The position numbers and the translations under genes were made by a program. Positions 1 to 8,987 of a DNA stretch of 64,000 bases are shown here, one piece after another. The stretch is from an uncultured Actinomycetota bacterium (GTDB lineage: Bacteria > Actinomycetota > UBA4738 > HRBIN12), in assembly GCA_963746335.1 (NCBI GenBank), contig CAVVAK010000004.1, positions 530,825 through 594,824 on the forward strand, in the 5' to 3' direction. Under the pieces are notes generated by a model. That model was not told where the DNA came from. It searched no databases and worked only from the letters and a program-made list of their open reading frames with translations. Positions within the stretch are counted from its first letter, which is position 1, and every line of letters starts with the position of its first letter.

Positions 1-588
1 GTATGTGCCGAAGACCGGGAGGTGGAGCACGCGCCCCAGGAGTACACACTCGTCGAATCGGGGACTCTCGTACTCGTGGCACAGGATGGCGTCGCAGCCG
101 TGTCGGCGCAGCTCTCGAGCCACGGCAACGAGAGGCGTGGCCACGTAGGAGCTCACCGAGGAGACAACCGGCGATGTCAGCTCGAATCGATGTTGTGCAG
201 CACGGACCTTCCGATGTGCCCATGGGCTGGGGAAGAGGCAGACCGGGGCGCCCGTGGGTTCGTGGACGAACCGCTCGATCTCATCCGCTCTCGCCGAGGC
301 GAAGCACATGACGACACGAACGCCGGCGAGCTGCAGAGCCTGCACGTAGTTGAAGAGCCAACCGCCGGACAGCTCCGAACGGAACGTGTCGAGCGAGACA
401 CCGACCTTGTCCAACCAGTCCTCGATCCTGTCCCCCCCGCCGAAGAACGCGAGGGTGGGAGGAGTCGACGTCAGATCGGTCGACCTGACCGGCTCAGGAG
501 AGATGTCGGTCTGCACACGGGACAGCGTAGTGAGCCGGTTCGATGCACGGCTCCTCCACCCCCCAGATCCGACGGGAACAGCCTGCAC
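1..588 (-). CDS. glycosyltransferase (GT-B/GT4-like), N-terminal part; the 3' end runs off the window
   Basis: Absent from the ORF track because there is no stop inside the window. My minus-strand translation from GTG 588 (or GTG 516) reads ...TLAFFGGGDRIEDWLDKVGVSLDTFRSELSGGWLFNYVQALQLAGVRVVMCFAS...YVATPLVAVARELRRHGCDAILCHEYESPRFDECVLLGRVLHLPVFGTY. This looks like the N-terminal Rossmann half of a GT4-type enzyme. The + ORF 22..594 is its antisense shadow. Confidence 0.45.
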   Translation of the reverse strand, partial: MQAVPVGSGGWRSRASNRLTTLSRVQTDISPEPVRSTDLTSTPPTLAFFGGGDRIEDWLDKVGVSLDTFRSELSGGWLFNYVQALQLAGVRVVMCFASARADEIERFVHEPTGAPVCLFPSPWAHRKVRAAQHRFELTSPVVSSVSSYVATPLVAVARELRRHGCDAILCHEYESPRFDECVLLGRVLHLPVFGTY

Positions 589-626
589 CGGTGAGACGTC
601 TCGGTCGCTGACGGGAAGGGGCTCGG

Positions 627-2744
627 CTACTTGGCCTGGGCACTGATCACGTTGGACGGCTGGCTGTGGTTGCCTGCGTGGTCGAACGCGGAGACTCGAT
701 ACCAGTACTGGACCCTGCTCGCGGCGGTGAGGTCACTGTAGGACGTAGATGTGATCGTCGCGATGGACGTGAAGGGTCCAGAAGCGCCGGCGGTGCCCCG
801 CCAGACGATGTAGCCGGCGAGGCCACTTCCGCCAGCATCCGTTGACCCAGACCAGGAGAGGTTCACCTTGCCCTTGGCGGACGCTGCCTTGAGTCCGGAC
901 GGCGCGGTGGGGGACGTCGTATCCGGCGGTGCGGCGGTCGTCGCGGACGCGACCGGCGACGGCGCCGAGTCCCCACCGTCGCCCGTGGCCACCACTCGGT
1001 AGGAGTAGGTCGTACTCGCGGCGAGCCCCGTGTCGCTGTAGGAGGTGACCCCGGCGGCCGTGGTCGCCACCGGGCTCCACGTCGTCGTGTTGGTGGATCG
1101 CTCCACGCGGTACCCCGTCGCCTCTGTCACCGCGCTCCACGAGAGATCCACCCGGCTCGCCGAGACGGCCGTGGCCGTGAGCGAGGCCGGGGCCGGAGGC
1201 GGGGTCGGGGGCGGCGTGTTGGTCGTCGCGGAGGCGACCGGGGAGGGTGGTGAATCTCCCTCACCGTTCGTTGCCACCACCCGGTAGGAGTAGGGCGTAC
1301 TCGCGGCGAGGCCCGTGTCGCTGTAGGAGGTGACCCCCGCGGCCGGGCTCGCGATCGGGTTCCACGTTGCCGTATCGGTCGATCGCTCAACGCGGTACCC
1401 GGTCGCCTCTGTCACCGCGCTCCACGACAGATCCACCTGGCTCGTCGAGACGGCGGTGGCCGAGAGTGTGGCCGGGGCCGGAGGCGGACTCGGGGGCGGC
1501 GTGTTCGGGGTGAACACGACGTCGACCCAATAGTTCGTGTCGTGCTGCGGGGAGGGATCGCCGGGGATCGGGAACCCGTGGCCGGCACGGATCGCCCCGT
1601 TCCCGTTGATCGCGCCCTGGGATGGAAGTCGCAGGGGCGAGTTCACGACTTCGCGATCGCGGAAGTAGCCGACGTCCGCTGCGTAGCGACCCACCGGCGC
1701 GTAGTAAGACGCGATGTAGACCGTGTGTGCCTGCACCGGCACCGGCTGTGCGAACCTGACCTCTTGCCATCCACTCGAGGTTTCGTTGGTGAACGTCGCT
1801 TCACCCAACAACGATCCGGTCGCCGTCCAGAGACTCCCGATGTGAGTGCCGGTGTTGGCCGTGCCCTTGTAGAAGCGGACGCCGTCGATGAAACCGTCCT
1901 TCTCGGACCTGAACTTCACGCCGACCTCGACGGCCGCGGTGGAGGCGACCTGTGGCTGCGCGGGCGTGTCGCCCGGCCCCCAGACGCTGCAGGGACAGCT
2001 TCGGCTCGAGATCGGCGGAGGGACTTCCCGCATGCCGGCGAGCGTCGAGCTCCAGGCGGCCGCCATCTTGTCGTAGCCCCCCTGGTTCGGGTGGATGCCA
2101 TCGATCAGATCGGCTGTCGTGATCACCGGATACATGTCCAGGAACGAAACCTGTCTTCCCGCTGCCGCTTTGGCGGCCACGATCCCAGGGATCTCGGCGT
2201 TGTAGGCACGGGCGTCGGCGTCCAGCGCGGGATCCGCCAGCGGGGTGATCGACGCGACGACGAGTCGAGCGCTGGGTCTCGCATCCGTGATCAGGTCGAT
2301 GAGGGAGCTCAAGCGAGCCGGCGCAGCGGCGAGATCGAACTGCTGCAACACATCATTGGTTCCGATCTGGAGCAGAACGAACTCCGGCCGGAAATTCGTG
2401 ACGGAGGTCGGGGCCAGGGCAGCGAGTTGATCGATGCGGTAGCCCCGGTAACCCTCGTGATCCCGGTCGTAGAGGATCGGAGGCCCTGAGCGCTGAGAGC
2501 CGACCATGTCGGAGCTGTAGCGACCCACGACGAGGTTCTGCACGAGCGGAGGGCGATAGCCACCCCCACCGTTTCCTCCCGTGCCCCACGTGATGCTGTC
2601 CCCGAGTGGCATGATCCGGGTTGGGACCACGAACGAAGCAGCTTGAGCTGGCGAGGCAGCAAGCACGGCGAAAGAGGTCGCGAGCAGGAATACCAGCGTG
2701 GAGCGCGCCAACGCCCGTTGTCCGACCATCTTGATCGACGACAT
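627..2744 (-). CDS. secreted SGNH/GDSL hydrolase - DUF4082-like - 3x fibronectin type III protein
   Basis: Signal-like N-terminus (LVFLLATSFAVLAASPAQA). SGNH blocks are present: MPLGDSITWG, GTNDV, DGIHPN. The central region (GVKFRS..GVRFYKG..IASYYAP..NYWVDVVF) resembles DUF4082. Three C-terminal FN3 modules (LSWSAVTEATGYRVERS twice, LSWSGSTDAGGSGLAGYIVWR). Confidence 0.85.
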   Translation of the reverse strand: MSSIKMVGQRALARSTLVFLLATSFAVLAASPAQAASFVVPTRIMPLGDSITWGTGGNGGGGYRPPLVQNLVVGRYSSDMVGSQRSGPPILYDRDHEGYRGYRIDQLAALAPTSVTNFRPEFVLLQIGTNDVLQQFDLAAAPARLSSLIDLITDARPSARLVVASITPLADPALDADARAYNAEIPGIVAAKAAAGRQVSFLDMYPVITTADLIDGIHPNQGGYDKMAAAWSSTLAGMREVPPPISSRSCPCSVWGPGDTPAQPQVASTAAVEVGVKFRSEKDGFIDGVRFYKGTANTGTHIGSLWTATGSLLGEATFTNETSSGWQEVRFAQPVPVQAHTVYIASYYAPVGRYAADVGYFRDREVVNSPLRLPSQGAINGNGAIRAGHGFPIPGDPSPQHDTNYWVDVVFTPNTPPPSPPPAPATLSATAVSTSQVDLSWSAVTEATGYRVERSTDTATWNPIASPAAGVTSYSDTGLAASTPYSYRVVATNGEGDSPPSPVASATTNTPPPTPPPAPASLTATAVSASRVDLSWSAVTEATGYRVERSTNTTTWSPVATTAAGVTSYSDTGLAASTTYSYRVVATGDGGDSAPSPVASATTAAPPDTTSPTAPSGLKAASAKGKVNLSWSGSTDAGGSGLAGYIVWRGTAGASGPFTSIATITSTSYSDLTAASRVQYWYRVSAFDHAGNHSQPSNVISAQAK
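930..1499 (-). repeat. tandem duplication of a ~285-bp FN3-encoding unit (2 copies) inside the SGNH gene
   Basis: Amino acids 416-510 and 511-605 of the 705-aa protein align residue for residue (PPP(S/T)PPPAPA(T/S)L(S/T)ATAVS..VDLSWSAVTEATGYRVERST..GVTSYSDTGLAAST.YSYRVVAT). The DNA landmark GCGGCGTGTT recurs at 1211 and 1496, a period of 285. Confidence 0.85.
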
Positions 2745-2828
2745 CCCCGCTCCCCGCGAATCCGCGCCCTTCCGGGTGTTACCTTACCGGACATCGGGCA
2801 GATGGCCTACCCCCGATCGGGGGTAAGG

Positions 2829-3725
2829 TCAGGCGCGCGACCTCCTGGGAGCCCGATCTCTCATCCCGGCCAGGATGCCGGGCAGGAGTCCCCGAACCTC
2901 CCCCCGGCCCATCGCCACGAGCTGGGCATTCCCCGTCAGGAACCCTCGCAGCAGGAGCCACGGCGCTCGGACGAAGTCGCGAGCGGCGCGTCGAGCGATG
3001 AAGAGGTCGGCGCGGCGCAAATGCTTGCCGTAGAAGGCCCCCTGTCCGCGAGCGTAGCGCTCGTACAAGGCGGGAAGCATGTCGGTCGCTTGCCATGCGA
3101 GATGGGAGACGATGATGTCGGGGTCGTACACGATGGGCACGCCTGCCCGAAGGGCCCGATACGCCCAATCGTTGTCTTCCCCCGCGAGCCGGAGTGATGG
3201 GTGCTCGTCGAGATGGCCGATGCGCTCCAGCAAGGGGAGCGCGAAGGCCATGTTCGCCGGGAAGAGGACGTCTCGGTCGATCATCGGCCTTCGATAGACG
3301 GCGTGATCGAGCGAGGTCACGATCGTGAGGACGATGCCATCACCCTCAGGTTCGACCCTCCCGGTCAAGATCGAGCCGCTCACCTCCGGCAGACGGGAGG
3401 AGATCCTCTCCAACCAGCCCGTACCGACCCTGCAATCGTCATGGGTCGTCGCGACGAACGGCGTTCGGACACGTTCGAACCCACGGTTGGTGCCGGCGGC
3501 GATACCGGTCTCGCCGGATCGGAGGTGCGTGATCGGGAGGCCTCGGCCCTTCAGCTCATCAACCCACGTTGCCACGTCCGCGTTGGAGCCCTGATCCACG
3601 ATGATCAGTTCCGCCGGCCACATCGTTCCGCTCGCGATCGATCCGAGGCAGCCACGCAAGAGCGGTCGCCCGAGGGTCGGGATGACGACGCTGATGTCCT
3701 CGGCGACCGGCGGGATGTCACCCAT
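2829..3725 (-). CDS. glycosyltransferase family 2
   Basis: ISVVIPTLGRPLLRGCLGSI...IIVDQGS and a later GEDNDW block are typical GT-A/GT2. I chose ATG 3725 (MGDIPPVAEDISVV), which overlaps the upstream stop (3718) by 8 nt. The longer ORF-track N-terminus (to 4001) is Arg/Ser-rich overlap sequence. Confidence 0.8.
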   Translation of the reverse strand: MGDIPPVAEDISVVIPTLGRPLLRGCLGSIASGTMWPAELIIVDQGSNADVATWVDELKGRGLPITHLRSGETGIAAGTNRGFERVRTPFVATTHDDCRVGTGWLERISSRLPEVSGSILTGRVEPEGDGIVLTIVTSLDHAVYRRPMIDRDVLFPANMAFALPLLERIGHLDEHPSLRLAGEDNDWAYRALRAGVPIVYDPDIIVSHLAWQATDMLPALYERYARGQGAFYGKHLRRADLFIARRAARDFVRAPWLLLRGFLTGNAQLVAMGRGEVRGLLPGILAGMRDRAPRRSRA

Positions 3726-5169
3726 CGTTCTCCCATCCGGAGAGGAGATCGGAGAAGGAGAACACGCGATCGACATCCTGGGGATCGGGACACGAGCGAT
3801 CGTCCCAGGGTTCCCCGGCCAGCTTGAAACTGGCCCTTCTCCCGGAGTAGTAGTCGAGGGCATCTCGAGCCGCCCAGTCGTACACGAACTCGTGGAGCGC
3901 GAAGGCACCCCGTGGCGCCGGCTCGACCACCGTGCGTCGGACCCCACACACAGCGACCACCGCGTCGTCGGCGACCTCCTCGGCGATCCGCCTCGACGCA
4001 TAGGCCGTGAAGCTCGCGCTCTCGAGGCGGACCCAGACGCTCAAGCTCAGCGACAAGAGCGCTCCCGCCGCGAAGACTCCCACGACAGCACCCCACGATC
4101 GATAGCTCCGCCGAACCATGAGAGGACCGATCGTCGCGATCATCCCCGAGAGCACGAGCCAGGTGGGGGCGAAGAGCCTCGGGGACCCTTGATGCGGAAC
4201 GTTCAGGAACACCGGGATGTTGATCAGCGCGATGAGCCCGAGACCGGCGAGAAGGGTCCTCCATGCGCGGGTTCGGTCGCTCTCCGACGCCCCCGGCGTT
4301 GACAGGAGCATCGGACCGAGCCAGGAGCCCAGCAGGGCGCCGAGCGCGACGATGATCACGCTGGGAGGGAATGCCCACCGGACAGCCAGCGGGATCGAGT
4401 GGAACCCGAGACCGACAGCCGGGAACTCCACCAGGAATGCGGGGTCGCCGACCGCTCCCGCCACGCGTTCACCGAGCGTCAAGCGGAGCCGCGGATCACC
4501 CCCCGGCCACACGACGAAGGCGACCAGCAGCGCGGCGACCACGGCGATCGTGATGCCGAACGCTCGACGGCGATGTTCGGGCGGGGACGTCAACCACACG
4601 GCCAACGGCAGGGCGAGCAGGACCTGCTCGACCGACAGACCCGCTCCGGCCACGGCGAGAGCTGCCCAGACGTGCCGGCCGTTCCGGTGGAGCCGCAAGG
4701 CGGCGAGCGCCATGAGCAAGCCCAATGGCACGTGCATCGCCGCAGGCCACGATGCAGCCTCGGTACCGAGGGGCTGGAGGAGCCACAGCGCTGCCCCCAG
4801 CGAAGGCCACGCCCCCGGGACTCCGAGGTCCCGCAGCAGCCCTCGGAGGAGCACCGCGATCCCCAACGTCAGCAACAAGGGGATCGCGATCGCCACGCCG
4901 AACGGCAGATGCTGGCAGACCTCCGTCGTGATGACGATCTCCACGAGGTGCGCTCGACGCAGCGCACCGAGTCGTTCGAACGAATCGGCGAGGGTCGCCC
5001 CCAAGCCGGCCCGCTGCGGTTGGAGACAGTTGACGAAGTCGTCCGCGAGCGGCGCCCCGCGAAGGACGACCGGCAGGGAGATGGTCACGAATAGGATGGC
5101 GACGCCGATCAGCACGACCGTCCCGATCCGGATCGATCGTGCTTCCCCTGCCGGCTCGGGCGAGCTCAA
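3718..5169 (-). CDS. polytopic integral membrane protein, function unknown (polymerase or GT-C-like candidate)
   Basis: There are more than 10 hydrophobic segments after IRIGTVVLIGVAILFVTISLPVV. The ORF-track N-terminal 138 aa overlap the upstream GT2 and look non-coding. The proposed TTG start at 5169 forms a TTGA overlap with the stop at 5166. The start is uncertain. Confidence 0.6.
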   Translation of the reverse strand: MSSPEPAGEARSIRIGTVVLIGVAILFVTISLPVVLRGAPLADDFVNCLQPQRAGLGATLADSFERLGALRRAHLVEIVITTEVCQHLPFGVAIAIPLLLTLGIAVLLRGLLRDLGVPGAWPSLGAALWLLQPLGTEAASWPAAMHVPLGLLMALAALRLHRNGRHVWAALAVAGAGLSVEQVLLALPLAVWLTSPPEHRRRAFGITIAVVAALLVAFVVWPGGDPRLRLTLGERVAGAVGDPAFLVEFPAVGLGFHSIPLAVRWAFPPSVIIVALGALLGSWLGPMLLSTPGASESDRTRAWRTLLAGLGLIALINIPVFLNVPHQGSPRLFAPTWLVLSGMIATIGPLMVRRSYRSWGAVVGVFAAGALLSLSLSVWVRLESASFTAYASRRIAEEVADDAVVAVCGVRRTVVEPAPRGAFALHEFVYDWAARDALDYYSGRRASFKLAGEPWDDRSCPDPQDVDRVFSFSDLLSGWENDG

Positions 5170-6128
5170 CTCTCGTCGCACGGGCTCCCCTCGGCTCCCA
5201 CAAGGGCGTCGAGCCAGGCGCGGGCTTCGAGGATCCAGGGGTCGTGCTCGTTCGCCGGGTCGCCGAGCCGGGTCCGTCGGTTGGCGTAACCGGGCATCGA
5301 TGCGGCGACCACCACGCGCCCGATCGAACCGATGTCCCCGGCTCTGATGGCCCGCCCGTAGAGGCGAACCGCATCGGCTCGGCGGTCCTCCTGCAGGGCA
5401 CGCCATGCCGCCCACCGAAGATGCCTGACCCGATCCACGGTGATCCCGTGTCGCTCCGCCACGACATCCAACTGCCGGAGCATCGCGGCCGTGTCTCCGG
5501 CCGCGTTCTGTCGATGGTAGGAGACGGCCACGAGCGGGCTGGAGACCCAGTCTGGTGGCCCCGCGCGCGCCAAGCGGATCCACATGTCCCAGTCTTCGCT
5601 GCTCGTGAGCCCTGGATCGAAGGAGCCCGCTTCCGACAACGTGTCGACATGAACGACGACGCTCGAAGCGCTCCCCGGAACGGAGTTGTGGCGCTCGAGC
5701 TGCCGCACGACCTCGTCCGGAGGCGGTGGGGGACCGCCCGCGAAGATCCTCAGGTTGCCGTCGACCATCACGTCACCGGTGTAGGACCACATCCGTCCGC
5801 CCTTCGCCATGACGTCGAGCTGACGGGTGAGCTTGGTCGGCGCCCAGACATCGTCATCGTCCAGGAACGCGATCCAGCGGCCCTTCGCATCCGCGATGCC
5901 GACGTTGCGGGCTGCGCTCACTCCCCCCGACACAGCTCGCTTCAGGGATCGGATCCGTGGGTCCGAGATGCTCGTCACCATGCGCTCCGTCGCATCCGTC
6001 GATGCGTCGTCGACGATCAGGACCTCGAGATCGACGTCTCGCTGCGCCAACACGCTCCGCACCGCGATCTCGAGCCGCCGGCAACGGTTGCGGGTGGGGA
6101 TCACCACGCTCACGTTCGGTTCGCTCAA
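5166..6128 (-). CDS. glycosyltransferase family 2 (paralogue A of a four-member set)
   Basis: VSVVIPTRNRCRRLEIAVRSVLAQRDVDLEVLIVDDASTDAT, DDDD, SSEDWDMWIRLARAGPPDWV. The TTG start at 6128 gives a TTGA overlap with the stop of the deacetylase gene at 6125. Confidence 0.8.
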   Translation of the reverse strand: MSEPNVSVVIPTRNRCRRLEIAVRSVLAQRDVDLEVLIVDDASTDATERMVTSISDPRIRSLKRAVSGGVSAARNVGIADAKGRWIAFLDDDDVWAPTKLTRQLDVMAKGGRMWSYTGDVMVDGNLRIFAGGPPPPPDEVVRQLERHNSVPGSASSVVVHVDTLSEAGSFDPGLTSSEDWDMWIRLARAGPPDWVSSPLVAVSYHRQNAAGDTAAMLRQLDVVAERHGITVDRVRHLRWAAWRALQEDRRADAVRLYGRAIRAGDIGSIGRVVVAASMPGYANRRTRLGDPANEHDPWILEARAWLDALVGAEGSPCDES

Positions 6129-7069
6129 CCCTGGGGCCCGCGGTTCAGTCTGATGGCGGCGCCCACCAAGAGATCGTCCACCGCGAGGCGACCTGGCTCC
6201 CACCGTCCCAACAGGTAGGGGTCGTCGCGGGGATGCATCGGACGGGGCTGGCCCGTCCACGCGGCCTCATACCCAGCGTCCCGGATCCTGTTCGCGGTTC
6301 GCCGGTCCGCTTTACCGTGGGGATAGGCGAAATGGAGGAGCGGATGACCGACGAGGGTCTCCAGCTCCTTCCGTCCCTGCGCCAACGCCGCATCGAGCGC
6401 CCCATCATCCAGTCGAGTGAGGATCTCGTGGCGCAGGGTGTGGAAGCCGATGGCCATGTCCGCCGCGACCAGCGCCTCGATCCCGGAGCGATCGAGGTTG
6501 GGCGATGGGTCGTGGCTCTCCTCTTCGATGGATCTCTGCAGCGCGGGGTCGTTCTCGCATGCGGTCACGAGCGACTGCGCCCCTTCGCCTCGTCTGCCGA
6601 CGAGACGGCTGACTTCGTCCATCCCGCGAGTATCGATCAGCCGCTCGAGGATCTCGAACCAGTACGGACCGAGACCGACCAACGACCGCCCCGAGAGGAA
6701 GAACGTCGCTGGCGCACCGCGGTCGCGCAGGATCGGCAGGGCGTGATCGACATGGGTGACGAAGTCGTCGTCGAACGTCACGGCGAACCTCGGCCTCGCG
6801 CTCCGGCGCGCCTCCTGAAGGAGTGCTCGCAGCGGAACGATCTCGCCGACCTCTCCGAGCGCATCGAGTTGGCGACCCAAGACGTTCGCGGAGACGGACG
6901 GCACGATCTGGCCCGCGGGGCGTCCGTCCTGGTCGACCCGGTGGTAGACGAGCACCAGGCTCCGACCACGGAGCGCGCCGATCCTTCGAACCACCTCCCC
7001 GACGGGGGATGCTCGGAGGACGCGCTTGACCAAGGCATGGAACCCACCGCCGGCCGGCGGCGGGTTCAT
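6125..7069 (-). CDS. polysaccharide deacetylase (CE4/NodB-like)
   Basis: LVLVYHRV...FAVTFDDDFVTHVDHALPILRDRGAPATFFLSG...HTLRH...AYPHG are NodB-homology motifs. ATGA overlap with the upstream gene at 7066-7069. Confidence 0.85.
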   Translation of the reverse strand: MNPPPAGGGFHALVKRVLRASPVGEVVRRIGALRGRSLVLVYHRVDQDGRPAGQIVPSVSANVLGRQLDALGEVGEIVPLRALLQEARRSARPRFAVTFDDDFVTHVDHALPILRDRGAPATFFLSGRSLVGLGPYWFEILERLIDTRGMDEVSRLVGRRGEGAQSLVTACENDPALQRSIEEESHDPSPNLDRSGIEALVAADMAIGFHTLRHEILTRLDDGALDAALAQGRKELETLVGHPLLHFAYPHGKADRRTANRIRDAGYEAAWTGQPRPMHPRDDPYLLGRWEPGRLAVDDLLVGAAIRLNRGPQG

Positions 7070-8046
7070 GACGCCGGGGAGAGGCCGGCCGTCATCTCGG
7101 AGAGCTCATCGAGCCACACCTGCGCCTCGGCGGCCCATCCCTCGTCCCGCTCCCCGCGGATGAGGCGGAACACCCGGTCGGATCCGACGGCGGGATGCAC
7201 GAGCGCCACGGCCGCCCTGCCTACCGATCGGAGGTCGCCGATCGCGACCGCTCGAGCGTAGTGACGCACGGCGCGGCCACGGTCACCGGCGCGAAGACAG
7301 GTCCAGGCCGCTCGGCGGTGCATCGCAGCGCGGTCCACGGGGATACCGTACCTGGCGGCCAAGAGCTCGGGTTCGTGGATGATGGCGTTCGTCTCGACCG
7401 GGATGTTGCTGTGGTGGAACCGATACGCCACGAGCGGGTGAGGAACGTACGCGGGCGGGCCACTCCGCGCCAGTCTGATCCACATATCCCAGTCCTCCGT
7501 GCGCCGCAGCTCCGGATCGAATGGACCCGCCTCCGCGAGAACGTCGGCGCGCACCATCACGTTGGACGCACCGGTCGGCACAGGGTTGTAGCGGGGTAGG
7601 GCTTCCATGACCTCCTCGGGGCCGGGGGGACGGGAGGCGCTGAGGACCCGCAACGCTCGGTCGACGTCGACGTCGCCCGCGTAGACCCACGTCCGGTCGG
7701 CCGCCGTGACCGCCTCGAGCTGCTGGATCAACTTGTCCGGTGCCCAGAGATCGTCGTCGTCGAGGAACGCGATCCACTCCCCCTTCGCTTCAGCGATCCC
7801 GCGGTTCCTCGAAGCGCTCACGCCGCTCTGTGAAGGCTGCCGAAGCAGTCGTACCTCGCCGACGTCGGAGACGGCCTGAGCCGTGTCATCCGTCGACGCG
7901 TCGTCCACGACGATGACCTCGACGTCCACGCGGCGCTGCTGGAGCGCGGTGAACACGGCGAGCCTCAGCAGCTGTCGCCGGTTCCGGGTCGGAACGACGA
8001 TCGAGACGTCAGTCATCGGCACCAAGGTACTGGGAGGCATTACCAC
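7066..8046 (-). CDS. glycosyltransferase family 2 (paralogue B)
   Basis: VSIVVPTRNRRQLLRLAVFTALQQRRVDVEVIVVDDASTDDT, FLDDDD, RTEDWDMWIRLARSGPPAYVPHPLVAYRFH. The start could instead be ATG 8016 (MTDVSIVV). Confidence 0.85.
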   Translation of the reverse strand: MVMPPSTLVPMTDVSIVVPTRNRRQLLRLAVFTALQQRRVDVEVIVVDDASTDDTAQAVSDVGEVRLLRQPSQSGVSASRNRGIAEAKGEWIAFLDDDDLWAPDKLIQQLEAVTAADRTWVYAGDVDVDRALRVLSASRPPGPEEVMEALPRYNPVPTGASNVMVRADVLAEAGPFDPELRRTEDWDMWIRLARSGPPAYVPHPLVAYRFHHSNIPVETNAIIHEPELLAARYGIPVDRAAMHRRAAWTCLRAGDRGRAVRHYARAVAIGDLRSVGRAAVALVHPAVGSDRVFRLIRGERDEGWAAEAQVWLDELSEMTAGLSPAS

Positions 8047-8063
8047 CTGGGTATCCTCCGGCC

Positions 8064-8987
8064 GTGCGTCAGCTGCTGAAGATCTCGGCGGAGATGAGAG
8101 CGAGCCGACCGGTCTTCATCGTGGGAGAGGCGCGAAGCGGCACGAGCATCCTGTATCGGACGCTGCAGAAGCACCCGTCCTTCCGGCCCCTGCAGCCGGA
8201 CCTGACGGAAACGGAGATCTTCTCGCATCTCCGACGGACCTTCCTGTTCGGGAAGTCGTACCCGAAGTCCTTGTCGAAGTTCATGCTTCACGACGAGGTG
8301 CGGCATGAGCAGTTCCTCCGATCGATCCGCGTGATCCGCCTCGTGAGCCTGCTGTCCGTCCCGCTCAATCTGGTCGTTCGTGATCGGTCGGACCTCGTCT
8401 GGTACGGCGAACTCAACCACCTGCTCCTGCGGAGCTACTTCTTCCACGCGTGGCGGGCGAGGGGGTGCCGCAGACTCGTCGAGAAGACCCCGACGAACAC
8501 CGCGAACCTGCCTCGTCTCGAGAAGGCCTTCCCCGACGCTCGATTCCTATATGTCCACCGACACCCGATCGACGTCTTCACCTCGTACCGACGCCGTGCG
8601 AGGGACGATCCCCAAGCGGCCTGGGCCGCACGGCTCTCGCCCGAAGACTTCTGCACGACGTACGCAGCATCGACCTATCGGGTGCTCGGATGGGTCGCGG
8701 AACGCGCGAACCTCATGATGGTGCGGTATGAGGCGTTCACCTCGGATCCGGAGAGGGAGCTGAGAAGCATCTGCGGATCCCTCGGGGAGCCGTTCGACCC
8801 TGAGATGGTCCGGGAGCCCAACCCCGATCGCGGCCGGTGGCGGGGCGACCCCCACCTGTGGGGCGAGATCGTCCCGGTCACCAAGGACTGGCGCGAGCTG
8901 ATCGAGCCGGCCGAGGTCGACGTCATCCAGACCGCTCTTGCCGACGTGATGCGTCGGCTCGGCTACGAGCGTTATGCGTCTCCATGA
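8064..8987 (+). CDS. sulfotransferase family protein
   Basis: PVFIVGEARSGTSILYRTL resembles the 5'-PSB (PAPS phosphate-binding) loop. RLVEKTPTN...LYVHRHPIDVFTSY resembles the 3'-PB region of cytosolic-type sulfotransferases. Confidence 0.8.
   Translation: MRQLLKISAEMRASRPVFIVGEARSGTSILYRTLQKHPSFRPLQPDLTETEIFSHLRRTFLFGKSYPKSLSKFMLHDEVRHEQFLRSIRVIRLVSLLSVPLNLVVRDRSDLVWYGELNHLLLRSYFFHAWRARGCRRLVEKTPTNTANLPRLEKAFPDARFLYVHRHPIDVFTSYRRRARDDPQAAWAARLSPEDFCTTYAASTYRVLGWVAERANLMMVRYEAFTSDPERELRSICGSLGEPFDPEMVREPNPDRGRWRGDPHLWGEIVPVTKDWRELIEPAEVDVIQTALADVMRRLGYERYASP

Noticed and set aside
1542-2489. Long + strand ORF (315 aa) inside the SGNH esterase gene. Similar long antisense or out-of-frame ORFs occur at 3201..3827, 4217..5347, 5139..6218, 5957..7261, 11953..13299, 13296..14459, 14398..16071, 18098..20377, 22309..23769, 48024..49475, 50011..51345, 50568..52544, 52160..53551, 53421..54971, 55029..56603, 57110..59059 and 61276..62805.
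   Set aside because: Their translations are Arg/Gly/Pro/Asp-rich with no motifs. Each lies opposite or out of frame to a gene with clear family signatures. Stop-poor alternative frames are expected in DNA this GC-rich.
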